From assembly GCA_963716255.1 (NCBI GenBank), contig OY970303.1:5152001-5216000 (forward strand): DNA of 64,000 nucleotides, read 5' to 3'. Made by a program: the position numbers and the translations under genes. The stretch's first letter is position 1. Each line of letters opens with the position of its first letter. This document shows positions 37,271 through 46,669 of this stretch, in pieces. The notes beneath the pieces are model-generated. The model did no database searches, was not told the DNA's origin, and saw only the letters and a list, made by a program, of their open reading frames with translations. Source of the DNA: an uncultured Gemmatimonadales bacterium. GTDB taxonomy: Bacteria; Gemmatimonadota; Gemmatimonadetes; Longimicrobiales; Longimicrobiaceae.

Positions 37271-38992
37271 ATGCCCAACCGCCGCCTCTACATGGGCACC
37301 GAGGTGCAGACGCTGGCCGCCGGCTGGCTGAACGACGACGGCACCGCGACCCTCTACCTCTCCAGCGACCCCGCCGACAACGGGGGCACGCTGCTGCTGG
37401 CCAACCACACCACCGGCCCCGTGGCCGTCCCCGCCGGGAGCCCCGTGGCGTACGGGAGCGCGCCCGCGGGCGCCGGCGTGCTGTACCTGTACTTCAACGG
37501 GCTGCTGACGAACGACCATGTGCGCGCCGTCTCGGTGGACGCGCCGGGGTGGTCGTCGGCCGTGTTCACGGACGCGGCGACGGAGCTCGCGTACCTGGCG
37601 ATGGCGCCGTCGCAGGCGGTGACGATGGTCGCGAACGGGGGCACGCTGTCGCTCCGGCTGTCCGGCGTCACGGCCACGGGCTCGCCGCGCGTGGGCAACC
37701 TCACGCTGGCGCTGGACGGGCTCACCGGCGCGCCCGCGTACTCGTCCATCCGGTCGATCTTCGTGAACGTGGCCGCCACGCCGCAGGGCGGGAACCGGCG
37801 GCTGGAATTGCTGACGGAGTTCGTGGGGCAGGACTTCGTCTTCAACGACGACACGGTGAACGAGCTGCTGCTGGTGCTCACCAACCCTTCGTCGCAGCCG
37901 CTGGTGCCCGGGGGCGCGCCGGACTGGGGCGGCGACCCGCCCACCTTCACCTTCTCGTTCGTCTTCGCCGCCGAGGGGCAGAACGAGGCCGGCGCGCTCA
38001 CGGACCTGGGCCGCGCCGCCGGGCTGTCGGTGACGCTGACGGGCGACTACGGCAACGCGTGGCAGCCGGTGGCCAAGGTGACCGATGGCACCACGCCCGT
38101 GTGGGTTGCGCGGCCGGACCCGAACGGCGGCGGCACCGTGCTGGGCACGGGCGCCAACGCCTCCGTCTCGTTCCGCATCTCCGGGCTGACGACCACGCAG
38201 CCGAAGGGCGCCACCTACCTGTACGTGTCGTACGCGAACGTGCCGGGCTACGACGACGGCTACTTCGCGGTGGAGATCGTGAAGGTGCCGCCCGTGAGCG
38301 TGTCCCTCGACGCGTCGCCGGCGTCGTTCGCGAACGTCGCCTCCGCGCAGCAGACCCAGCTCACGTGGAGGGTGTCGAACGCCACCTACGCCACCGTCAC
38401 GAACACCTCGTTCGCGCAGGCGGTGCCGCTGGAGGAGGGGTCGGGGGTGATCGACGTGAGCGTGGCGGCCACCACGGTGTTCACGCTGATCGCCAGCAAC
38501 CACTACACGGGGCAGACGGTGGCCACCACCGCCACCGTCACGGTGACGCCCGACTCGTTCGGCCTCCTCCCCATCGGAACCATCGTGATGTGGTCCGGCC
38601 CGGTCGATTCCCCGCCGCCGGGATGGCGCCTCTGCGACGGGACGAACGGCACGCCCGACCTCGTCACCCGGTTCATCCTGGGCGCGGGGAAGACGGAGAC
38701 CATGACCGGGACCTCGGGGGGCTCGGCATCCCACAAGCACACGGGTTCGGCGGTGGTGACGGTGGCCAGCGCGGGCCAGCACTCGCACGGGATGCCGTCG
38801 GACTGGTGGAGCAACTCGGCCAGCAGCGGCAGCGGCGTGACCGTGGTGGACCGCGACGCGAAGAGCATCACCGACGCGCGCACGCAGTCGGCCGGCGACC
38901 ACACGCACTCGGCGAGCGCCTCGGTCACGGTGAACAGGGCCAAATCGATGCCGCCGTGGTACGCGCTGGCCTTCATCATCAAGTACATGTGA
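37271..38992 (+). CDS. protein with C-terminal phage tail-collar/fibre domain
   Basis: PIGTIVMWSG..PPGWRLCDGTNGTPDL..RFILGAG, HxH repeats (HKH, HSH, HTH) and MPPWYALAFIIK terminus. Confidence 0.82.
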   Translation: MPNRRLYMGTEVQTLAAGWLNDDGTATLYLSSDPADNGGTLLLANHTTGPVAVPAGSPVAYGSAPAGAGVLYLYFNGLLTNDHVRAVSVDAPGWSSAVFTDAATELAYLAMAPSQAVTMVANGGTLSLRLSGVTATGSPRVGNLTLALDGLTGAPAYSSIRSIFVNVAATPQGGNRRLELLTEFVGQDFVFNDDTVNELLLVLTNPSSQPLVPGGAPDWGGDPPTFTFSFVFAAEGQNEAGALTDLGRAAGLSVTLTGDYGNAWQPVAKVTDGTTPVWVARPDPNGGGTVLGTGANASVSFRISGLTTTQPKGATYLYVSYANVPGYDDGYFAVEIVKVPPVSVSLDASPASFANVASAQQTQLTWRVSNATYATVTNTSFAQAVPLEEGSGVIDVSVAATTVFTLIASNHYTGQTVATTATVTVTPDSFGLLPIGTIVMWSGPVDSPPPGWRLCDGTNGTPDLVTRFILGAGKTETMTGTSGGSASHKHTGSAVVTVASAGQHSHGMPSDWWSNSASSGSGVTVVDRDAKSITDARTQSAGDHTHSASASVTVNRAKSMPPWYALAFIIKYM

Positions 38993-38994
38993 GA

Positions 38995-40137
38995 ATGGCG
39001 GTTCCGGAGATGCCGGCGCGCCCGTCCGGCCTGGACGGGGCGCTGGAGGCGGCGCTCTCGGCGCGGGCGGGCGGCGCGGTGCGGGCGACCACGTGGGAGA
39101 GCTTGTCGGCGCGCATCTCGCCCGTGTGGCGGGTGCGGCTGGACGGTCCCGACGGCTCGCCCGCGTCCGTCGTGGTGAAGCACCTCGCCGCGCAGTGGTA
39201 CGGGACGCCGGCGGCGGCCGACGTGCCCCGGGAGTTCCTGGAGGAGGCGGCCGTCTACGAGTTCCTGGAGGAGGGCTGCTCCGGCTTCCGAGACCACGCG
39301 GCGCGACTGGCGTGGCTGGACGACGGCGCGCTGGTGCTGGAGGACCTGGGCGTGGGCGACCGCTCGCTCCCGCCCGCCCGCGCGGGAGATCTGCTGGCCG
39401 CCACCTTCGCGCGCCTGCACGCGGCCACGATGCGCCGCGCCGACTTCCACCGCGCCGCCCGCCGCGCGCACGGGATCGACGTGGACACCCCCGACCTCCG
39501 CTACGACGGCGACGTGGCCGCCGCGCGCCGGTTCGCCCGCGGCGCCGAGACGCTGGCGGGGTGGTGCGAGGCGCTCGCCGTGGCTTCCGCCGAGGAGACG
39601 GCGGCGCTGCTGGCGGCGGTGGAGGCGGCGGTGACGCGGCCGGGTCCGTTCCACGCGCTGATCCACGACGACCTGGCGTCCGCCCGGCAGTGCGTGGTGC
39701 GCGACGGGCGCCTGCTGCTGCTCGACTGGGAGAACGCCAAGCACGCCCACGCCCTGCGCGACCTGGCGAAGGTGCTCGTCGGCAAGTTCGAGCGCAGCCT
39801 CGACACGGGCGAGATGATCCGCGTCTGCCCGGAGATGGAGCCGGGTCTCGCCGATCTGTACCGCTGCGAGCTGGCCCGCGCCGGCGGCCCCGACGTGGAC
39901 GACGCCGTGTGGGGCGAAGCGCTGGGCGGCGCGCTGCTCTACAACACGGTGGTGCAGGTGGGCGCGCTCGTCGGCCTCTACTCCGTGACGGCGGTGACGG
40001 GCCAGGTTCTTCCCAACCTGCGCGGCATCGTGCTCCGGATGGGCGAGGTCCTGCACGGCCATACCGGCTGGGAGGACCCGCGCCGCATTCTCCAGCAGCT
40101 CGCCGCCCGCATCGCCTGCGGAGCGGCGGCCTTCTGA
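38995..40137 (+). CDS. aminoglycoside phosphotransferase/choline kinase-like protein
   Basis: VVVK, LVLEDLG, LIHDDL and LLDWE kinase motifs; 2 nt after the previous stop. Confidence 0.75.
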   Translation: MAVPEMPARPSGLDGALEAALSARAGGAVRATTWESLSARISPVWRVRLDGPDGSPASVVVKHLAAQWYGTPAAADVPREFLEEAAVYEFLEEGCSGFRDHAARLAWLDDGALVLEDLGVGDRSLPPARAGDLLAATFARLHAATMRRADFHRAARRAHGIDVDTPDLRYDGDVAAARRFARGAETLAGWCEALAVASAEETAALLAAVEAAVTRPGPFHALIHDDLASARQCVVRDGRLLLLDWENAKHAHALRDLAKVLVGKFERSLDTGEMIRVCPEMEPGLADLYRCELARAGGPDVDDAVWGEALGGALLYNTVVQVGALVGLYSVTAVTGQVLPNLRGIVLRMGEVLHGHTGWEDPRRILQQLAARIACGAAAF

Positions 40138-40514
40138 CACAAGATTCGACGGAAGTGTGTACTGCACGAAACCGACGTCGGTGGCGAACCCAAATTCGGA
40201 AGGAGAGGGCGACGGGGTCGCTCATTCCAGCAACGGGTCGATCGGATACGGGCCACGATCCCTCCCTATCAGAACCTCGCTTTCGCCAAGTACACACTTC
40301 CGTACGTCTACGTACCGCCTCACATCCGCAGCGCACCGTCGGACGCAGCTGTGCGCGCCTGGCTCCACCCCGACAAGCACAGGGCCGGCACCCCGGCTCC
40401 CCATAACCGGAGGAACAGCCGGCAGCCTGCCCTCCGGTAGCACGCATCCAGAGCCAGGACCGACTCCGCGCGGCAACGGGTCGATTCCCCTCATAGATCC
40501 GGAAAGGACGATAC

Positions 40515-40949
40515 ATGGGGATGACGAGAGATGGAGGAGTGATAACCCTTGACTACATCCAGCGCTGGGTGATGGGGGCCCGTCCCGGGACGTCGATCCA
40601 GATCGTTTCCATACAGGTCCCCGCGGACGCCCACCAGACTCTGGAGATCGGCGGCGATGTCGACGGAGGAGGGGAAACAACCTGGACCGCCTATCAGGTG
40701 GTGGAGTGGGTCCGCCGGGAATACGGCGATGCCGGTCTGAAGCCCCACGAATGGTCGGCCCTGCTCCAGGGCATCTCCGTCCGCGAGCTCAGGCTGGCAG
40801 TCCAGGCCGGGAGCATCCGGCACCACCGTAAGACCGAAGGGCGCGACCATGGAGCTTCCCTGATCGGCCCGGACGCCATGTGCGACTACCTGCACTGCAG
40901 GCCAGGGACCCGGATGAGGTCTCCAGCGCTGCGGGGCGAGTCCCGGTGA
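40515..40949 (+). CDS. hypothetical protein, possibly DNA-binding/excisionase-like
   Basis: Upstream of an integrase fragment; ISVRELRLAVQAGSI resembles an HTH segment. Confidence 0.4.
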   Translation: MGMTRDGGVITLDYIQRWVMGARPGTSIQIVSIQVPADAHQTLEIGGDVDGGGETTWTAYQVVEWVRREYGDAGLKPHEWSALLQGISVRELRLAVQAGSIRHHRKTEGRDHGASLIGPDAMCDYLHCRPGTRMRSPALRGESR

Positions 40950-41149
40950 CTCCGTCCGTGTCCTTCGCGCCGGGCACGAGCCCACTCGGCTACGCCCCCG
41001 GCTGGACTGTGCCATCTCCTCCCCCCCTGCCCGCGGGCGCCCCGCCAGGTGCCGAAAAGGTGCCGCCTCCCCGTCCCATGAACGGGGAACGTGTCCAGCC
41101 CGCGAGAGCCGCGGCGGTGTCCCCGTCCAGCGCAGCACGGGGGGATTCC

Positions 41150-42002
41150 TTGGCGGACAAGCAGCGGCGCAGAGGCCGCCGGAAGCGGGGACACCGGCCG
41201 ACGACCTTCGCCGACCGGCTCGTCGCGCAGCTCCGCACACGCAAGAACGCGGGCGGAGTTGTGTACGAGCTGGACCTGCGGAACAGGGAGTGGGGCCGCG
41301 ACCCCACGAACGATGACGGTCTTCTGCCCGTCCGACCCGGGGTGGCCGGACTCCGGGCGGACCACGGACGAGTTCGCGGTCGCTGAAGCCTGGGTGCGGA
41401 GCCACTACGTGCCGTTCCTGCAGCAGGGGAATGCCCTCGCCCGCGCGGGCGGTCTCGCCACGCTGCGGGTCAGCGAGGCCGTGGACCGGTACCTCGACCA
41501 CCTGGAGGCGGAGCTCGGCGCGGACCACAACACCGTGGCCAACCGCCGGAGCGTGTGCCGGGTCCACGTAGTGCCCATTCTCGGCTCGCGGCTGCTGGCA
41601 GCGCTGACTCGCGAGGTCGTGCGGGACTTCCTGGAGAACCTGCAGGTGATCCAGAGGGAGGGAGGACGGACGGCTCGACGGCCGGCGAAGTTCCGGACCC
41701 GGACCAACGCGCGGGACACGCTCACCGCCGGGTGGCGCCACGCCTGCCCCGACGAGGATCCGCCGTTCGCCGGCGTCCGGCTCGCGGACCGGGGGGTCGC
41801 GAAGCAGCGGCGGAACGCCGCGCGGGAGGGGAGAATCGAGGAGCTGATGGAGCCGAACGTCTACACGCGCGAGCAGGTGGTCGACATCCTCGCCGCGGCG
41901 AGGTGCTGCACTCGCGGTGGACCTGGTCCGCGTTTCGGACGTGTAGCCCGAAGCTGTTCTCCATCCAGGAGTAGCTGTCGAAGCTGCCACGGTCGTGCCT
42001 GA
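41150..42002 (+). pseudogene. truncated, frameshifted tyrosine integrase (N-terminal and core-binding part)
   Basis: VSEAVDRYL...HNTVANRRSVCRVHVVPILGSRLLAALTREVVRDFL...YTREQVVDIL; frame change near 41300; no catalytic domain. Confidence 0.65.
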
Positions 42003-42044
42003 GCTGCGCCAGCCAGGGCCGCACCTTCTCTGGAGGAGCCCCGA

Positions 42045-43003
42045 TCTCGGCCGCGTACTGGCTCACCGTGCGCGTGCTCGCCTCCGTCTTGATCCGCCCC
42101 TCCCCCTGCTCGATCACCCCGAACAGCTCCAGCCCGCGGAACTTCACGAACGGGTTCACCTGGAAAGCGCTGATCTGGTTGTTGAACAGCGGGTTGAACT
42201 CCCCCGACCACGCCTGCGCGCTGGTGGTCGCCACCGCGTTCTCCAGCACCAGGTAGTAGCGCGAGCCCGTGCGGTCTCCCCAGAACAGCGTCGCGCTCGG
42301 CGACCTGTCCAGCGTGTAGTACGAGCCGGTCAGCCGCACGCGCAGGTCGGGGCTCACCTGGCGGTCGTAGCCCAGCTTGCCCAGGTAGGCGAGCCGCGCG
42401 CGTCGGGGTTGGTCACGTCGCCCTTGTTGACGCCCGAGGTCACCCCGGCCATGGCCAGGAAGCCGTTCCTGCGCAGGTAGATCTCGGTCCCGGGCTCGAA
42501 GGTCCAGGAGTTCATGATCAGGTTGCCGACGAACGGGTTGTACATGGCGTTGCCGTTGTCGGTGCGGCGGAAGTGGGCGTCGCCGTAGTTGAGGGGGAAC
42601 ATGCCCACCTTGATCGTCGCCACGTCCATCACCGCGTTGAGGAGCGGGTGGTCGATGGGCGACTCGTCGATGAGCAGGTATCCGCCCTTGACCCAGGCCT
42701 CCTGGTGGTGGCGCGAGGAGAGGTAGGTCTCCAGGCTGACGCGGATGCCGGGGGCGAGCTGGGCGTTGAGGCCCAGGTTCGCGGTGGCCAGGTTGAAGCC
42801 GGCGCCGAGGTCGAGGAGCTGGTTGGCGTTGTAGTCCTTGCCGGCGGCGTCCTTCCTGGTGACGGCCACGGCGGAGTTGCTGTGGTCGAGGGCCTGGAAC
42901 TGCTGGGTGAAGGCAGCGCTCCAGTCGAGCTTGAAGCCGGTGAAGGGGACGGCGTCGGTCTTGGGCTCCTCGAACACGTTGACGCCGCGCTGGTCCTGGG
43001 GCC
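42045..43003 (-). pseudogene. fragment of an outer-membrane beta-barrel-like protein
   Basis: Coherent coding sequence (RPQDQRGVNVFE...AWVKGGY...YLGKLGYDRQ...FQVNPFVKF) with a frameshift near 42400; both ends missing. Confidence 0.6.
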
Positions 43004-43337
43004 GCAATAACGGATCCCGACTTCGATGGATCGCGAGCGGAACCGTAAGCGAAAACGCAGCGGAGATGTCGTGATAGAACACGGGTGACTCTCAGATCGG
43101 GAGTTCTCCAGGACACGGGATGCCGCGCCGCCTGGACCGCCAGCACCCGCTTGTGGGAGCCCGCAGCCCTATCGATCACCGTCGACAAAATCCTCGACAA
43201 ATGGTGGCTATCCTATCGATACCGATAGTGGCTACACCATCGCAAAGCGACAGGCCCAACAGGGTGCAACTACCTTCCATGGTACATCTTGGCCAATCTG
43301 GGGCCTGGTTGGATGAACCCGGAAAAGGCAGTGCTCC

Positions 43338-43891
43338 ACATGTGGAAGCTCTTCGCCATGTGGGGCTTCATCGCCCTGTTATTTGCGGATTTCCTCCTAG
43401 CGCGGGGAGCGTCCGACGTGCGTGCGGGGGTGCTCTCGGGAGCGGTGGCCTTCGCGACCATCGGGACGGGCGCGCTGGGGTGCGTGGTGGCGGGGGCGTG
43501 GGCGGACCGGCTGGGGCGGGAGCGCGTCGCCATCTGGGCGATGGCCTTGAGCGGGGCGTGCGCGCTGCTCATGGGCTGGCTGCTGCACGCCCCGCTCGCG
43601 CTGGTGCTGTCGGTAGCCCTGGTCTGGGGTTTTGCCGTGGTGGCGGACTCCGCGCAGTTCAGCGCCGTGGTCACCGAGGTGGCTCCGGCGCACGCGGTGG
43701 GCACGGCGCTGACCTTCCAGACGGCGCTCGGCTTCCTGCTGACCTCGGTGACGCTCACCGCCGTCCCCTACCTGCGGGATGCCGGGGGGTGGCCCCTGGC
43801 GTTCGGCGTCCTGGCGCTGGGTCCGGCGGCCGGGATCGTGGCGATGCGGAGGCTGGATAATCTCCGGATCGCGGCCGCGTCGAACTCGTAG
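43338..43891 (+). pseudogene. C-terminal half of an MFS transporter
   Basis: HMW.L.AMW, ADRLGRER, VADSAQFSA and VGTALTFQTALGF; N-terminal half absent. Confidence 0.7.
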
Positions 43892-44009
43892 GCACCCTGC
43901 CGTCGACGAATTCTCGACGAACGGGGGCCGGGCGGCGGGTCGTCGATGGAGCGAACGGTCCGTTATGACGGGCCGACCGGGCCGGTCGCGCGTGCCTCGC
44001 CCGGGGTCC

Positions 44010-44906
44010 TCAGTCCTCCCGGTCGCCCCGACCGTCCAGCAAGGGGGCGAAGGAGTTGTACGCGAGAGATAGCCCCAGCGCGAACAGGGCTGCGCCCAGC
44101 CCGAGGAGCGCGTTGAAGTAGGCGGGCGCGGTGAGCGCCAGACGGATCAGCACCGTGGCCGCGGCGAAGCCCGAGTTGCGGAAGACCACCGCGAAGCGCG
44201 AGCTGAAGCGGAGCGACACCAGCACGACCAGCACGTCGCAGAAGATCAGCACCGTGTAGAAGGTCTCGAACACGGCGCCGGTGCCGCGGCCCTCCAGGAT
44301 GTTCCACGCGTCGCGCAGGACCAGGGCGAGGAAGGCGGCGAGCAGAACGACCGCGACCAGCTTCTTTGCCGCGACAAAGCTCGCCCGGTCGTCCGGGTCG
44401 GCGGTGATGGGGAGGTGGCGCTGCACGCGGTAGTAGAGGCCCAGCACCACGAAGATGAGGAGCGCTCCGCCGATGTCCGCCGCGATGTGCGGGATGGCGG
44501 GCGACACGTCCTCCCAACGGATGGGCTCCGGGAACTCCGCGAACTCGAGGAACGCCTTGCGGAGGAGGATCAGCGAAAGCAGCTCGAACTGCTTCCCCAA
44601 GGAGTCGGCGACCGAGCGGGCGAGCGCGAACACCAACCCCACCACCTCGGCGAAGAGCAGGAGGGTGAAGGCGACGTAGATGGCGCCCAGGTGGCTGGTG
44701 GTCAGCCCGGGGAGCGTGCCCGAGGGGAGCCAGCCGCGCCGGTTCAGCTCGATCACGGCGACGGAGGCCAGGAAGGCGGCCACCAGCAGCGTGCCGATGC
44801 GACGCTGCGTCGCGTGTCCCTCCCACGCCGCCTCCAGCCGGTCGAAGAGCGCCGCCGCGGCGCGCAGGGTCCGACCGGTCGCGGGCGCCGCCAGGACGTG
44901 GTCCAT
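44010..44906 (-). CDS. multi-pass membrane protein of unknown function
   Basis: About 8 hydrophobic segments; start ATG 44906. Confidence 0.75.
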   Translation of the reverse strand: MDHVLAAPATGRTLRAAAALFDRLEAAWEGHATQRRIGTLLVAAFLASVAVIELNRRGWLPSGTLPGLTTSHLGAIYVAFTLLLFAEVVGLVFALARSVADSLGKQFELLSLILLRKAFLEFAEFPEPIRWEDVSPAIPHIAADIGGALLIFVVLGLYYRVQRHLPITADPDDRASFVAAKKLVAVVLLAAFLALVLRDAWNILEGRGTGAVFETFYTVLIFCDVLVVLVSLRFSSRFAVVFRNSGFAAATVLIRLALTAPAYFNALLGLGAALFALGLSLAYNSFAPLLDGRGDRED

Positions 44907-45048
44907 GCAGGTGCTCCATGCGGATGGGGTCGGGCGAAGCCGCGGGAGGGCAGATCGCAAGATACACGTCGCGCTTGCGCCATGCACGGGCTTTGTGCAA
45001 CCTTGCGGGACAGGGTGGGTCGTCCGCCCGCGTCACGCGGAGGTGCGA

Positions 45049-46431
45049 ATGCCGGAGGTCCCGGCGGTGGCGGTGGTCGGAGCGGGGCTCGCCGGGCTGG
45101 CCGCGGCGTGGCGGCTGTCGCGGGCGGGGGCGAGGGTGCGGGTGTTCGAGGCGAGCGAGCGCGCCGGGGGTGTGGTGCGCACCGCGCGCGCCGACGGGTG
45201 GCTGGCGGAGGAGGGCCCCAACTCCATGGCCGATCCGCCGCCCGCCGTCCGCGGGCTCCTGCGCGAGGCAGGGCTGGAGGCGCGCCTCGTCCCTACCGGC
45301 CCGGCGGCCCGGCGCCGCTACGTGGTCCGCGGCGGCCGCCCGCTCCCCGTGCCCCTCTCGCCGCTGCAGCTCCTGTTCTCGCCGCTCTTCTCGCTGTCGG
45401 GGCGGCTGCGGGTGCTGCGGGAGCCGTGGGCCGCGCCCGGCGGCGGCGCGGAGGAGAGCGTGGCTGCGCTGGCGCGCCGCCGCTTCGGGCAGGAGGTGCT
45501 GGACTACGCGGTGGAGCCCTTCGTGGGCGGGATTTTCGCGGGCGACGCGGAGCGGCTCTCCGCGCGGCACGCCTTTCCGCGCCTGGTGGCGATGGAGGAG
45601 CGTCACGGCTCGCTGCTGCGCGCCGCCGTGGCGGCGGCACGGGAGCGCCGGGCTGCGGGGGCGGCGCCCGGCCCGGCGAGCTTCTCCTTCGCGGAGGGGA
45701 TGGAGGAGCTTCCGCGCGCGCTCGCGGCGGGGCTGGAGGACGCGCCGCGCACCGGCTCGCCGGTGCGCGCGGTGCGCCGCACGGGCGCGGGGTGGGAGGT
45801 GTCGGCGGAGGGGGCGGGCGGGGCGGAGGTGTTCGACGCGGTGGTGCTCGCCGTGGCGGCGCACCAGCTTCCCGAGCTGGAGCTCGAAGGCGCGGAGGCG
45901 GCTGCGCTCCGCGCGCTGGGCGAGATCCACCATGCCCCCATCGCTGTCGCGGCGCTGGGCTTCCGGCGGGACGACGTGGCGCACCCGCTCGACGGGTTCG
46001 GGGTGCTGGTGCCGAAGGTGGAGCGGCGCCGAGTCCTGGGCGTGCTCTTCACCTCGACGCTCTTCCCGGGGCGCGCGCCGGAGGGCCACGTCCTGCTCAC
46101 CGTGTTCCTGGGCGGCGACCGGAGCCCGGAACTGACTTTGCTCCCTGCGGACGAGCGCGAAGCGATCATCCGCGAGGAGCTGGCGGCGCTGCTCGGCGTC
46201 CGCGGCGAGCCGGTGTTCCGGCACCACGCGGCCTGGCCGCGGGCGATCCCGCAGTACGGGCTCGGCTACGGCGACGTCAAGGCGAGGATGGATGCTCTGG
46301 AGCGGGCCGCGTCGGGGCTCCACCTGGCCGGCAGCTACCGGGCCGGCGTGTCCGTGGGCGACACCCTTGCCTCCGGGCTCGCGGCGGCCGACGCCGTGCT
46401 GGCGCGCGTCGGCGCGCTGGCGCCGGGGTAG
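45049..46431 (+). CDS. hemY: HemY-type protoporphyrinogen oxidase
   Basis: VVGAGLAGLAAA FAD motif, EEGPNS, PFVGGIFAGD, GFGVLVP and AIPQY. Confidence 0.92.
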   Translation: MPEVPAVAVVGAGLAGLAAAWRLSRAGARVRVFEASERAGGVVRTARADGWLAEEGPNSMADPPPAVRGLLREAGLEARLVPTGPAARRRYVVRGGRPLPVPLSPLQLLFSPLFSLSGRLRVLREPWAAPGGGAEESVAALARRRFGQEVLDYAVEPFVGGIFAGDAERLSARHAFPRLVAMEERHGSLLRAAVAAARERRAAGAAPGPASFSFAEGMEELPRALAAGLEDAPRTGSPVRAVRRTGAGWEVSAEGAGGAEVFDAVVLAVAAHQLPELELEGAEAAALRALGEIHHAPIAVAALGFRRDDVAHPLDGFGVLVPKVERRRVLGVLFTSTLFPGRAPEGHVLLTVFLGGDRSPELTLLPADEREAIIREELAALLGVRGEPVFRHHAAWPRAIPQYGLGYGDVKARMDALERAASGLHLAGSYRAGVSVGDTLASGLAAADAVLARVGALAPG

Positions 46432-46544
46432 GAACCACGACGCGCCGGACACGACACGGAGACGCCGGGGCCGGGCCGAAGCTGTGTGAGGAAGGTCCGG
46501 CCCGAGGGGCGAGATCCGGCGGGGGCGCCTCGGTTCGAAAGTGC

Positions 46545-46583
46545 AGCCCGACCCTGGCGCCGGCCGGGGGCACGCCCGAACCC
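46545..46583 (+). repeat. intergenic REP-like repeat, copy 1
   Basis: AGCCCGACCCTGGCGCCGGCCGGGGGCACGCCCGAACCC, near-identical to 50326..50366 and to 57625..57665 (inverted). Confidence 0.75.
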
Positions 46584-46635
46584 GCCGTGCGTCGAGACCG
46601 TTGCATCCCGCCCGACCAGGAATTACATTCGAAAT

Positions 46636-46669
46636 CGTAAATCAAAGTTTACGTAAGCAGGAGTTGACA
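46636..46669. promoter_or_regulatory. two degenerate PpsR-like boxes at the bchI start
   Basis: CGT-N12-ACG (46636-46653) and CGT-N12-ACA (46652-46669) in an AT-rich patch; the second covers the AGGAG RBS. Confidence 0.5.

Noticed and set aside
37271..38992. Prophage, T6SS or classical eCIS
   Set aside because: No terminase, capsid, portal, sheath, tube, baseplate or VgrG gene is recognisable in the window.
26863..40516. Long minus-strand ORFs (26863..30516, 34135..37278, 37220..40516)
   Set aside because: Arg/Gly-rich shadow frames opposite the real operon.
44994..45012. PpsR box upstream of hemY
   Set aside because: Spacing is TGT-N13-ACA, not N12, and the site is single.
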